From: Octopus bimaculoides
Lineage: Eukaryota
Direction of reading: 5' to 3'
DNA: 64,000 nt
Assembly (NCBI RefSeq): GCF_001194135.2
Contig: NC_068985.1
Coordinates: forward strand, 118,885,975-118,949,974
Below, piece after piece: positions 1 through 12,372 of the stretch. The translations under genes and the position numbers were made by a program. The first letter of the stretch is position 1. Each line of letters begins with the position of its first letter. The notes under the pieces were generated by a model. The model did not search any database and was not told where the DNA came from. It saw nothing but the letters and a program-made list of their open reading frames with translations.

Positions 1-766
1 AAGTTGTAGTTAGGAAAAAGGTAACTGACATGGAGGATTAGATAGTTGGAAAAGAGTTACATATATCATGATGACTTGTTCCAGGTACCAAAATGCTGAG
101 CTCATAACTCCTGCTAAATGCCCTGTGAACACTGTAAAGGCTGTTAAGACATGACAGGAACATCATGAAAACCAAGGGTAACATCATGCTGCCCCTCATC
201 TTTGAGCAGAGCCTTTAAGCTCGGTTCAGATGGCGATGTGAAGCTGCTGGAGACTGTAGTCAAATCCTGGTTTTAGAGGGATTGCTGCTGGAAGGCCATA
301 CATGTGGCAGCAGGATTTGGCTCCTTAGCATACCTGTGGAAATTGTCAGAAGTGGTTGTCAGAGAATTTCTACAAATGCACCAGTCCTAATTTCTGGTCT
401 CTCAATTGCTCCAATTGTAATTCTATGGATTACTATGTGGGGTGTGGTTGAGAAAGACACCAACCACTCTGCTTGCAACACCAAAGCTGAACTTAGAGGC
501 CATGATCAAGGAGATGTTCTCAGATCTTCTCAGGGGCACAGTGAGGAATGCATGCACCAAGTTCCAGAGCCATCTTGAGGCCATGGTGGAAGCTGAGAGT
601 AAACTGTTATCTCAAATATGTTATAATAATCTTTGAGTAAACTGTGATATTCCAACCATAATCTAGTTGATATCATTTGATTTTTTAAAATTCTTTCATT
701 TTGGATGGGATATTGTGTTTTTTCCCCTCTTTTATGCAAACTGTCAAATTCAGACCAAACACCCTG
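1..766 (+). mobile_element. Decayed Tc1/mariner-superfamily DD37D (maT-type) transposon, internally deleted; 3' TIR present
   Basis: Translation from 302 reads MWQQDLAP*HTCGNCQKWLSENFYKCTSPNFWSLNCSNCNSMDYYV, with 37 residues between the two Asp. After a frameshift it continues VVEKDTNHSACNTKAEL...AMIKEMFSDLLRGTVRNACTKFQSHLEAMVEAE. The element ends ...TCAAATTCAGACCAAACACCCTG|TA (760-768), the reverse complement of a TA|CAGGGTG terminus. Bases 1-150 match a second copy at 50538-50712. Confidence 0.85.
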
Positions 767-1714
767 TATGTGGCTCCTGTGGTAATAGGATTTTAGTGCT
801 ATTTAGCTTGAAACAGTTCCAACATATTACCATCCAGATTCTAAATTATTAAGGCAAAAATGATGACCCAATAAAAGTGCTCAACAAGAAGGCATTAATC
901 AATATACTCTAGTGAGTATAACTACATAGTGATATATTTTCTTATTCATAAATGTGAATTTAAAAATATACATTGTAGCATTAGAATGTTAAAAAAAAAA
1001 GAAAGAAAATCAGATATGGCTTTTCTTATCAAACAACTTGGCCAAAGCTGGTATATAAATTATTGGTGAATCACCATTAATACTGTTGCTGCTGCAGCAG
1101 TGTTTTAATCTTAATTGACAACTGCTGACATCTTGAATGCTTAATCATTATAGACAATTAAATTCATTAGTAAGACATAATATTAATTTGTTACCCATCA
1201 AAATATCTTCTGCCTATTTCATTCTTTTTTTTAATGTTATTCATTTTTTTTAGGTTTTGTTTCTTTTTTTTTTTTTAAATGACCCAGGAAGTGAATAGAA
1301 CAAAGTGTCGATACAATTAATAGAAAATTAGATTTTCAACAAAGTTTATATCGTGTATCTTTTACTTGTTTCAGTCATTGAATTGCAACCATGCTGGAGC
1401 AACCAGGTATATGGAAAAATCAAACTACTGAATCTTGATTAATAATTTTTTTCCGTCACAAACTTCATTCAAGATCTTCATCTTGTTGCCCATGAAACAT
1501 TCCACCTCGTACACAAGTGACATCTAGTAAGTCTCTTATTTCAAGATAAGTGCAGGCATGACTGTGTAGTTAAGAAGCTCACTTTGTGACTGCATGGCTT
1601 TGGGTTCAATGCCATAGCACAGCACCATGGACAAACATCTTCTGCTGCAGCTCAAGGTTGACTAATGCCTCGTAAATGAATATAGTAGATGGAAACTGGT
1701 GATGCCTAAAAGCA

Positions 1715-1895
1715 ATTGTGCAGTGCCGCGTAAAAGCACCCAGCACACTCTGTAAAGTGGTTGGCGTTAGGAAGAACATCAAGCCATAAAAACCATGTCA
1801 AATCAGACAGGAGTCTAATGCAGTCCTCCAGCTTACCAGTTCTAGTCACACCCTCCAACCCATGCGAGCATAGACAATGGGTGTTAAATAATGAT
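1715..1895 (+). mobile_element. RTE-LINE 3' end repeat (family C)
   Basis: GTAAAAGCACCCAGCACACTCTGTAAAGTGGTTGGCGTTAGGAAG...AACCCATGC...TTAAATAATGAT. Confidence 0.75.
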
Positions 1896-1898
1896 TTC

Positions 1899-1933
<35 letters not shown>

Positions 1934-2137
1934 TATCAACTTTAAATAGAGCTCAAAATTAATCCGTTGAAAATACTTTATTGCAACAACAATAACAATA
2001 ATAACAATAATAATAACAAATAAATATATATATATATATATATAAATCCTACACGATTAGATGANNNNNNNNNNNNNNNNNNNNNNNNNNNNNNNNNNNN
2101 NNNNNNNNNNNNNNNNNNNNNNNNNNNNNNNNNNNNN

Positions 2138-2265
2138 ATTATCTTCGAAACGTCGAGTTAGAATAGAGGCAGCTGATGAAGGAATAATTCCAAGTGGTTA
2201 TCTGTTTTCCTATGTGTTCATTCCGTTGTCTGTAGTTCATTTTTCTAACGTCATGTACCCTTATA
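2138..2265 (+). mobile_element. Penelope-like terminal repeat fragment with the 3' half of a minimal type I hammerhead
   Basis: ATTATCTT-CGAAAC-GTC-GAGTT (2138-2159) lies right after an N gap. A second CTGATGA-A-GGAAT-A-ATTCC (2173-2191) lacks GAAA. The 5' half of the first motif would lie in the gap. Confidence 0.5.
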
Positions 2266-2334
2266 TGCATCTATATACACATGTAGATGTAAGTATGTAC
2301 ATATATGTGTGTATACATGCATAAACATTCTTTG

Positions 2335-2373
<39 letters not shown>

Positions 2374-2378
<5 letters not shown>

Positions 2379-2575
2379 GAATCATTTCACCTGCTACTAT
2401 GTTCTGGGTTCAAATTCCGCTGAAGTCGACTTTGCCTTTCATCATTTTGGGGTCAATAGATTGAGTACCAGTGGAACACTGGGGTTGATGTAATCGACTA
2501 GTCCCCTCCCCACAAATTTCAGGCTTTGTGTCTTTAGCGGAAAGGATTATTATTATTATCATTATTAATATTATT
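2374..2575 (+). mobile_element. SINE family B copy, 5'-deleted
   Basis: GGTTCAAATTCCGCTGAAGTCGACTTTGCCTTTCATC...GAAAGGATTATT; same body as 11143. Confidence 0.8.
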
Positions 2576-4094
2576 ATTATCATCATCATCACCATCATCA
2601 TTATTATCATTACAAGAGTGCGGTAATACTAAAACAGAATAGCATTAATGCTTTTCTCTGGGTATTAAGGATGGAAGTGCAATGAAATGACTATTACAGA
2701 GAATTGAAGATACATCACATACTTCACAAATGTGGTTTTCTGAGATCTTACATCCACACCTCTTGTTTGTTTAAAATTCTATATTGCTACAATATTCAAC
2801 ATTGCTTTTGTCTAATTTTACAAAAGTAAGGTATTTTTTTGCCTCTTTCTTTCTCATCCATGTCATATAGATATATATGCTATATTTGTAAAATTTAAAT
2901 ACACACTGCTTGCTTGAAGTTCTGTAATTATAACAATGTTTAAACCTCTTTGATTCCCATTAGAGATGAGATGTATTTTACACCTCTCTCTTATTTTACT
3001 CCTCCTCTCTCTCTCTTGTTTTATAACTTATGTAGCTATTATTTATATTAAAGATTTTCTGTATTCATGAAACTCCTACATTTGTTGCTGGTTTCAAAAT
3101 ATATCATGGAAATGTTTAACCCATTACCTACCAGTGATCTCATATGAGATCACTTAAAAATTACAAATTTCGTAATTATCTGTCAATATTTACACATATC
3201 TAACCTTTTTGCTATATCTACTAGGTATATTTCTCTGATATTCAAATGAGGTTTGCTAATTTTTCACCCAATATCTTGCTTATTTCTATTTAAAATGTTA
3301 TTTTGAAATGTTATTTTGAAATGTTATTTTGATCATTCCAGCGTGTTTCTAAGGCTGTTTTATGCTAGAAATCAAAGTTTCATAAAAAAATTCCAGTTAA
3401 TAGAATTATGGGAGGTAATGGGTTAAGCCATTTCCAGCTGGATTCCCATAAGAATCAGACTAGTATGTATCTTGACACTTCTTCTCTGTTCCCATCTATA
3501 GCTATTACATGCTTTGTTCTCCAAATACTCATCTACTTACTATACTACTATGGAAGTTTTTATGAAGACGCTCGAGCTGCTAGAAATAGCATTCAAATCT
3601 CTTCCAAATCCAACTCCACCATCTTAAAAAAAAGAGAAACTATTTGATAACGTAGTCCGAGATACCCTCAAAAAGATGAAATAGTCATGACCAAAATGCT
3701 TTGTATCACAAATTTGTTTGACCCCAAGTTGTTATCTGGAGGTAAAAACAACTACTGCTACTACTATCATCATTGTTGCTAGATGATTTGGTTTACCATA
3801 AAAACACGGTAACAAAATTTATATTTTTTGTCTTTGGTTAGTAAAATGTTACATCCCATTTGCTTCTATCTAGAAAACAAAGGAAATCACTACCATTCCC
3901 TTCAAACTTTCCTTTTGCAACTTGGACATCACTGTTTTGAAGCTGACCCATTTTCCATTACATTTCAGACAGATTCAGTGTCAAGTTGCTGAAGCAGAAA
4001 TATTGTTATAGTATGTATTCTGCTTATTGATTTTGTTTTGAGCCCTCTGTAAGCTTGACATACTTGGAACAATGCATTTAGCTTCTAGGAACTA

Positions 4095-4740
4095 GGTCCC
4101 TAACTACAGAGTCTATCTAGGTGGCAGTACAAACCACAAATGTGTAGTGTTGAATTGTGGACAATCTACTCTATTCCAGTCATCTGATCTACATGATACA
4201 CTATCTAGATACAATCTGGATGACCTGATGACCAGATTAACATATTTGGTAAATCCTGTCAGGAGCTGCAAAGGGTTGGAAACATCCAGGTAGGTTTGTG
4301 AGACTTTCATACTACCACTCTAACAGGCTAAACCTACATAATCTTTGTATACATCTGATAAACTATTCCAATCTCACACTAGCAGTAAAGAAACCCTTCA
4401 GATGCCTATAGAAATGTGGTTGCCCAATTCCTGTAGGGGCATAGATGGCTGATAGTCTGAAGTATGACATTCACAGCTGGTTACATCTAGTACCAACAGC
4501 TTACCTTCTGGTTCCAGGAAGATGGTCTATATTATGAGATCCAGACTCTTCTGAAAGAACACAGCAACTAGAACACCAGTTGACTTGGAGATGCATACAC
4601 CTTGTATCCACTGAAAATGAGCATAAAGTCTCAGGGTTCAGAGATTCTATTCTGGTTAGTGGTCCCTACATCTATACCTAGTGACCTGGGATCATTGAGC
4701 CGGTAACCCTGATTCCATGGTGAACCTAGGTCATATGCAT
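4095..4740 (-). mobile_element. Decayed L1/Tx1-clade LINE apurinic endonuclease domain
   Basis: Minus-strand translation with stops and frameshifts gives EGKLLVLDVTS..CHTFRLSAIYAPTGIGQPHFYRHLKGF and SRLYLDSVSCRSDDWNRVDCPQF. These match the GRxxxV / YAP / RxD-type motifs of L1/Tx1 endonucleases. Confidence 0.7.
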
Positions 4741-4859
4741 TTATAGAGCCTTATAATAATCATAATAATCTAACCAGACAAAATTCTGTAAGAATTACGA
4801 TAACACCATACTGTAGATTTATCCAACCCATACTAACATGGAAAACAAGTGGCATAATT

Positions 4860-5435
4860 ATGATGACAATGATGATGATAATTGATGATGATTATGATGA
4901 CTGATGATGATGATGAGGGTTATGATGATGATGATGACGATGACGACAATGATGATGCTGATGATGATGCTGATGATGCTGCTGCTGATGATGATGATGA
5001 AATACACATTCACACATACATATACACATAAAAATCCATGAGAAAATAACATTGAAAGAAAACAAAACATTGATGTATGTCTGAAAAAACAATAGAAGCA
5101 ATATTTACATTACTGCTATCCTCATCATCATCAGCACCAACACCACCACCACCACTACCACCACAACCACCACCACCACCGCTCCCACTGCTGCCACCAT
5201 AACCATTACCACCAGCACCACCACCACCACCANNNNNNNNNNNNNNNNNNNNNNNNNNNNNNNNNNNNNNNNNNNNNNNNNNNNNNNNNCAACCATCATT
5301 GACCACCACCACCGCCACCACCACCACAACCACAACCACCGACACCACCACCACCACCACCGCTCCCACTGCTGCCACCATAACCATTACCACCAGCACC
5401 ACCACCACCACCACCACCATCATCATCACCATTAT
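4860..5435. repeat. (GAT)n and (CAC)n trinucleotide microsatellite cluster around a gap
   Basis: Directly visible. Confidence 0.9.
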
Positions 5436-6309
5436 TAATGAATAACAACAAACATAATTGATAACCACATTGTTTTTCATCTTCAAAGTAAACATTATGA
5501 AGAAAATCAACAACCCTTTTCTGTTTTTTTGTTTACACCCTTCGCTTGAACGTAATAAATATTTTATTTACTGCATCAAAAGCCATTTAATTTCATACTG
5601 TATTCAAAACAGTGAGGCGCCTTTATAATTGCCAACTTATCTATGTTGGATTTTATTTATTTATTTGTTTAAATAAAATTTGTTTTCCTTTAAAAATATA
5701 ATTTAGAAATTGAAAAAGAAAAATATAATGGCAAAATGGGAAAAACTAAAAGCGAAAATTAGAAAAACAAATTTTTTTTTTGGCAAATAAATGGAGAGAA
5801 AAGAAGAAAAATCCACATTTTATATTAAGAATGAATAAAAAAAATAACATTTGTATGTAAGAAAGGAGTGCTTTGCCAGTATATTCATAATGTATCTGTA
5901 CAAATATCTCTGTTGGACTCCAAGTGGGTTTTTCAGAACCTGTACCTACATATTAAAGGTATGTGGCCAAATGGTTAAGGTGTTGGATTCGTGATTGTTA
6001 TGTTATAAGCTTGTTTCTCAGTTTGGGTGGCATGTCATGTCCTGTCCTTCATTTATGCTATCTTCAGCCGTCTCTGTTGAAAATGCTTACCAGCAGCTGG
6101 GGTGGGTGGGGTGTGTGTCTTGTGATCTGCTTTCACTTACTTAAAAATTCCAAGTAAAAATCAGATACACTTTCAACCTAACAAGTCTTTAGCCTTAAAA
6201 CACTTACATGCTTCTAGTTTCATAACATGGAAGTGAATGAGTGATAAATTCTCTTCTGTACATGAAGCAAATTTTTTGCCCATCATTTCCAGTAATTGAC
6301 TGTCACCAC

Positions 6310-6845
6310 CACCACCACCACCATCATCATCATCATTATTTTAATGTCCATTTTCTTATGTTTGTATGGGTCAAACAGTACCTTGTTGAAGTAGATTCCC
6401 TATGGCCTGATGCCCTTCTTGTCACCAACCTTCACCTGTTTCAAAGTAAAGTAATATTTCCCCATGATCATGATCAGTTGTTTCCACAAAAGATTCATGA
6501 ACTTTGAATGGCAGATGTTTTGTGCACTTTGATTTTGTGAGTAAATTTTGAAAACTGCTTTCGAGAATCTCCAAATTAGAGATCCTCCATGATCAGACAG
6601 TTTCACTGAAGAAACAAAGGACGCTGTTTAAATGACAGTGACACTTGTTTACAACTATCACATGACATCAAAGTAAGAGACAGTAACACACACAAACACA
6701 CATACACACACACACATACATATACATTTATCAGGCTTCTTTTAGTTTCATCCACCAAATCAACTCACAGGGCTTTGGCTGGTTTGGAACCATAGTAGAA
6801 GACACTTGCCAAAGGTGCCATGCGATAAGATTGAACCCCATACCT
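6310..6845 (-). mobile_element. SINE family A' (family A head, different body, RTE-like (ATG)n tail)
   Basis: Family A head at about 6730-6845, body ...GATAGTTGTAAACAAGTGTCACTGTCAT..., tail ...GGGCATCAGGCCATAG...GGACATTAAAATAATGATGATG. Confidence 0.7.
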
Positions 6846-7023
6846 ACCTACACCTACACCAGAGTATATATTGTTAAATTGGCATTTCATTTAGACATTG
6901 CAAGACTAACAACCTGTAGAACTCAATATACGTATTCTTCAGAACAAAGTGTTAGATGAGTATAAAGCAGTAATAAGAAAATCAGATGACGAAAGAAATA
7001 ACAATTATGTTATGGACTTCATT

Positions 7024-7104
7024 AGCTTACGGCTGTTTCTGCTATAAGATGCAGTGGCTTCATAGTAGAGTGCCTGAAGAACACCTTACAACTTCATCAG
7101 AGCC
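7024..7104 (-). ncRNA. Type I hammerhead ribozyme motif (AGC(T/C) stem III family), core intact
   Basis: Minus strand: GGCT-CTGATGA-A-GTTGTAAG-[36 nt]-CTTATAGC-A-GAAAC-AGCC-GTA-AGCT. Stem I is 4 bp, stem II is 8 bp including G.U pairs, and the triplet is GUA. Confidence 0.75.
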
Positions 7105-7929
7105 TCAAATATGAAGTGCAATTTATTTGGGAAAAGAATTAAATTTGTGCGTATATATTTATATATCATTACCAGTGATGCGTATATATTTATATATCAT
7201 TACCAGTGAGAAAGTCAAAACAGAAACACTGCCAGTAAATGCAGGATATACAAATTAGATTGGTTACTTCAACTGTATAACAGCTAATAATATGTTATAA
7301 GTAACTATCAATGTATTTATTTCCCTGTGGGTATAAAATGAAGATGCCTCCTTTCTGATGAACAAACATCTAGTTGTGAAATTACATTAAACATAATCCT
7401 ATTTACTTTTTCTGAGCATGGAAGAGAAACTAAACATATTTACATTAACTTATGTTTTCAGAACAAGATTTTAGAGAAACAAATGAAAGGAACTGTAGAT
7501 AAGCAGATGTTTAGTTAGGAAGTTCACTTTGTGACCACATAGTTTCATATTCGGTCCCACTGTACAGCACCTTGGACAAGTGTCTACTATAGCTGTGGGC
7601 TGACTAATGATTTTGTGAGTGAATTTGGTACATAGAAACTGAGTGGAAACCTGTCATACGCATGACCATAACCAGTTGAGCATGTCCCTTAGTGGCTGAC
7701 AATATGTGCATCTCTGATCATGAGCAGGAGTAGTTGGGGAGCATCATAGCCATGTGTTGAGAGGGATTCTTTGGGGTTTGAATAAATATCATAACAAAAG
7801 CAAAGTTTGAAGGAAATATTAGCTATTTAAAATTTTTTTTAGGGGTAAGCAAAGCAGGAAATAACAGTTGCTACCCAAGGATAAATTACACAGTATAATA
7901 CAAATGATGATGACGACAATGATGATGAT

Positions 7930-9105
7930 GATGGAATAAAGTTGTGATAAATTCAATGACACTGATGATGAATATGCCAGGGATGAAAAATAAGGGGGAT
8001 GGGATGATAGGGATGGGTGAGAATAATATGACAAGAACGCAATTATGATGATAATGATAACGATGAAAAGAGATGAAGATGAAAAGAGACGAAGATGAAA
8101 AGAGATGAAGATGAAAAGAGATGAAGACGAAAAGCGATGAAGACAAAATGAGATGAAGATGAAAAGAGATGAAAAGTGATGAAGATGAAAAGCGATGAAG
8201 ATGAAAAGAGATGAAGATGAAAAGAGATGAAGATGAAATGAGATGAAAAGAGATGAAAAGCGATGAAGATGAAAAGAGATGAAGATGAAAAGCGATGAGG
8301 ATGAAAAGAGATGAAGATGAAAAGAGATGAAAAGCGATGAAGATGAAAAGAGATGAAGATGAAAAGAGATGAAGATAAAAAGAGATGAAAAGAGATGGAA
8401 AGCGATGAAGATGAAAAGAGATGAAAAGCGATGAAGATGAAAAGAGATGAAAAGAGATGAAGATGAAAAGAGATGAAAAGCAATGAAGATGGAAAGCGAT
8501 GAAGATGAAAAGAGATGAAAAGCGATGAAGATGAAAAGCGATGAAGATGAAAAGAGATGAAGATGAAAAGAGATGAAAAGCGATGAAGATGAAAAGCGAT
8601 GATGATGAAAAGCGATGAAGATNNNNNNNNNNNNNNNNNNNNNNNNNNNNNNNNNNNNNNNNNNNNNNNNNNNNNNNNNNNNNNNNNNNNNNNNNNNNNN
8701 NNNNNNNNNNNNNNNNNNNNNNNNNNNNNNNNNNNNNNNNNNNNNNNNNNNNNNNNNNNNNNNNNNNNNNNNNNNNNNNNNNNNNNNNNNNNNNNNNNNN
8801 NNNNNNNNNNNNNNNNNNNNNNNNNNNNNNNNNNNNNNNNNNNNNNNNNNNNNNNNNNNNGATGAAGATGAAAGGAAATGAAGATGAAAAGCGATGAAGA
8901 TGAAAAGAGATGAAGATGAAAAGAGATGAAGATGAAAAGAGATGAAGATGAAAAGAGATGAAGATGAAAAGCGATGAGGATGAAAAGAGATGAAGATGAA
9001 AAGAGATGAAAAGCGATGAAGATGAAAAGCGATGAAGATGAAAAGAGATGAAGATGAAAAGAGATGAAGATGAAAAGAGATGAAGATGAAAAGAGATGAA
9101 GATGT
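7930..9105. repeat. Purine-rich minisatellite built from GATGAAGATGAAAA(GA/GC) 16-nt and GATGAAAA(GA/GC) 10-nt units; contains a gap
   Basis: Directly visible tandem array. It explains the FIFISFHLH / MKRDED-like ORFs. Confidence 0.95.
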
Positions 9106-9469
9106 CAATGGTGATGATTATAGTCACAATAATGTTGATGTTGAAAAAAAAGATGATAAAAGATAATCAGTTTGATTCCTTTTAATCCTCACATTATTTG
9201 GTTGATATTTCATTTTTGGTGTGTTGTGTGCATATTGTGCATGTATGTGTATTTGAACACATGTGTATATGTATGTGCATATGTGGATGTAAATATATAT
9301 GCATGTATGTGTATATATATGTATATATATATATAACACAGAGATATAAATGTATACATGTATATAGATTTATGCATATATGTGTATATATAGGCATACA
9401 CGCACACAAACCAACACACAACTACTAAATGTTTTCAGTGTCAAATTCTTGTTTGTCCATTCACTCACT

Positions 9470-9505
<36 letters not shown>

Positions 9506-9507
9506 TG

Positions 9508-9538
<31 letters not shown>

Positions 9539-9708
9539 TTTCCCCCCTTTGTTAAATCTTCCTTTCTGCAAGAACATCGCAGAGAAAAATCTAATGCACG
9601 AACATTTTCAAGGAGAATGAAACCACAGAAAACATCATTCAACCACACACACACACACACACACAGAAACAAGACAGAACACAAATACACACATACATCA
9701 CTACCACC

Positions 9709-9740
<32 letters not shown>

Positions 9741-9989
9741 CAACAGCAACATCTTTAAAAACCAAAATGAGAGAAAAAAAAGGAACAAAACTGAAACTAA
9801 CTCCTTACTTTTAGCAAGAAATAAACTATTCAGTGCATACATAAATCTGATATTGTTATGTGATTATGTTATTGCTGGAGATTCGAGCTTTGATTGTTGT
9901 TGGAAAAGGGATTTTTTTCTCGTTTTCTGTTTTGTTTTGTTTTGTTTGGTAAATTTTCTTTCAGTAGATTTTTAAAAATTGTTGCATGA

Positions 9990-10059
9990 TTTTGTTGTTG
10001 TTGTTGTGATGTTGTTTTTGCTGCTGCTGCTGCTGCTACTATTATTACTATAGCTGCTG

Positions 10060-10112
<53 letters not shown>

Positions 10113-10161
10113 GTCACTGCTGCTACTGCCACCACTAATGCTGTTACTACTATAGCTGCTG

Positions 10162-10193
<32 letters not shown>

Positions 10194-10525
10194 NNNNNNN
10201 NNNNNNNNNNNNNNNNNNNNNNNNNNNNNNNNNNNNNNNNNNNNNNNNNNNNNNNNNNNNNNNNNNNNNNNNNNNNNNNNNNNNNNNNNNNNNNNNNNNN
10301 NNNNNNNNNNNNNNNNNNNNNNNNNNNNNNNNNNNNNNNNNNNNNNNNNNNNNNNNNNNNNNNNNNNNNNNNNNNNNNNNNNNNNNNNNNNNNNNNNNNN
10401 NNNNNNNNNNNNNNNNNNNNNNNNNNNNNNNNNNNNNNNNNNNNNNNNNNNACTACTACTACTACCCTCACCACCACCACCACTACTACTACTACCCTCA
10501 CCACCACCACCACCACCACCACCAT

Positions 10526-10563
<38 letters not shown>

Positions 10564-10620
10564 GTGTCAGTGTTGCTACTGCTACCGCCACTACTACTGT
10601 TGTTTTTTTCTTTCTTATTA
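9990..10620. repeat. (CTA)n/(CTG)n/(CCA)n trinucleotide cluster around a gap
   Basis: Directly visible. It explains the poly-V and poly-S ORFs. Confidence 0.9.
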
Positions 10621-11142
10621 CTGCTGTTGTTATTTGTCAAAAATGGTTTTTGAAGTGTTGTTATTCAATATCGATTGTCTGTAATTTGTATCATTTTTTT
10701 TCTTATGCTAACATTTGCTGTTTGGTAGTGATGATGACAAAGATGATGATGACGAAGATGATGATGATGATGATGAGGAGGAGGATGAGTGGTCATAATG
10801 TTGGTGTTGGTGGTGATGGTAGGCACAGTGTTAGTGGAGATATTCGGAAAGGCAGTCATGGTTAGTAGTGGTGATGATGAATGGATAAAGAAATAAAGTG
10901 ATGATGTATGCTAGATGCAATCCTATTGCTTGTGGTTATCATCTTTCCTCTTTACATACAATCTTGACACATCACTCTTGGGGTGTAGTTCCTTGTTCAT
11001 TGTCATTAATTTACATGTTCTCCGATCTATCTCTTGTAATTCATGCTTCTTCCAGGATACTATTCCTGCCCTATATCTCATCAAAGCAACTGCCCATGCG
11101 CTAATTGCTCTAATCTTATAGCGACCATTTAGCTTTACTAGA

Positions 11143-11410
11143 AAGGCGGCGAGCTGGCAGAAACGTTAGCACGCCGGGCGAAATGCTTAGCAGTATTTCG
11201 TCTGCCGTTACGTTCTGAGTTCAAATCCCGCCGAGGTCGACTTTGCCTTTCATCCATTCAGGGTCGATTAAATAAGTACCAGTTACGCACTGGGGTTGAT
11301 ATAATTGACTTAATCCGTTTGTCTGTCCTTGTTTGTCCCCTCTCTGTTTAGCTTCTTGTGGGCAATAAAGAAATAAGAAAGGATTGTTATTATTATTATT
11401 ATTATTATTA
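11143..11410 (+). mobile_element. tRNA-derived SINE, family B, full length and little diverged
   Basis: A box TGGCAGAAACG and B box GAGTTCAAATCCC, central block GTCGACTTTGCCTTTCATCC..GGGTCGAT.AA.TAAGTACCAGT, and an (ATT)n tail. CpGs are retained. Confidence 0.85.
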
Positions 11411-11489
11411 TCAAGACCCAGCAAATAAAGTGAGTTCACAGCTGTATTCTACACCAGTTTCACATAACCAGCCCCAGCCTATTCAAAAG

Positions 11490-11832
11490 TACCTAGAATC
11501 ATAGGGTGACCTGCTGTGCTTGAGGAGACCTATTGAGTCAAGTACATCAACATCAAAATGAAAATCAAATGGAAATTGCAGTTGTGATACCTGTGCTTGT
11601 GGCACATAAAAAGCATCATCTGAACATGGCTGATGCCAGCGCTGACTTGACTGGCTTCTGTGCTGGTGGCACGTAAAAAGCAGCAACTGATCGTGGCCGT
11701 TGCCAACCTCCTCTGGCCCCTGTGCTGGTGGCACATAAAAAGCACCCACTACACTCACAGAGTGGTTGGCGTTAAGAAGAGCATCCAGCTGTTGAAACAC
11801 TGCCAGATCAGACTGGAGCCTGGTGCAGTCAT
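11490..11832 (+). mobile_element. RTE-LINE 3' end (family C) with three internal GTGCT(G/T)GTGGCAC(G/A)TAAAAAGCA repeats; 3'-truncated
   Basis: Begins with the decayed ORF end (CTGTGCTTGAGGAGACC) also seen at 31735-31790 and 50735-50808. Confidence 0.75.
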
Positions 11833-11977
11833 CTAGAGATAAGTAAAATTATTACCTGCTTTTATAGCAAGTTGATGTAGGTAGTTTATCCCGTCCCCTC
11901 TGACTTCTAGTTCATGCAATTGAAAAAACTGCATTATTTATAGGATGATCCAATATATATGTAAATCCAAATATATA

Positions 11978-12372
11978 TTCTTTTATTCTTTTACTTGTTT
12001 CAGTCATTTGACTGTGGCCATGCTGGAGTACCACCTTTAGTCGAGCAAATCGACCCCAGGACTTATTCTTTGTAAGCCTAGTACTTATTCTATTGGTCTT
12101 TTTTGCCAAACCGCTAAGTTACGGGGTTGTAAACACACCAGCATCAGTTGTCAAGCGATGGTGGGGGGGACAAACACGGACACACAAACACACACACACA
12201 CGTGTATTCGATGAGCTTCTTTCAGTTTCCGTCTACCAAATGCACTCACAAAGCTTAGGTCGGCCCGAGGCTATTGCAGAAGACACTCGCCCAAGGTGCC
12301 ACACAGTAGGACTGAACCCGGAACCATGTGGTTGGTTAGCAAGCTACTTACCACACAGCCAATCCTGTGCCT
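11978..12372 (-). mobile_element. tRNA-derived SINE, family A, full length
   Basis: Head has A box TGGCTGTGTGG and B box GGTTCAGTCC, followed by an internal (CA/TA)n tract, body ...TAGAATAAGTACTAGGCTT..., and a (TAAAAGAA/G) tail. Confidence 0.85.

Noticed and set aside
7352-7395. CTGATGA-ACAAACATCTAGTTGT-GAAAT-TAC-ATT-AAA as a hammerhead
   Set aside because: All helices are short and A/U-only; compatible with chance in AT-rich DNA.
7819-9127. 429-aa and 413-aa ORFs
   Set aside because: Read-through of a minisatellite and an N gap; no coding complexity.
11143-11240. tRNA genes at the heads of SINE families A, B and E
   Set aside because: A and B boxes are present, but there is no complete cloverleaf and each continues into a SINE body.
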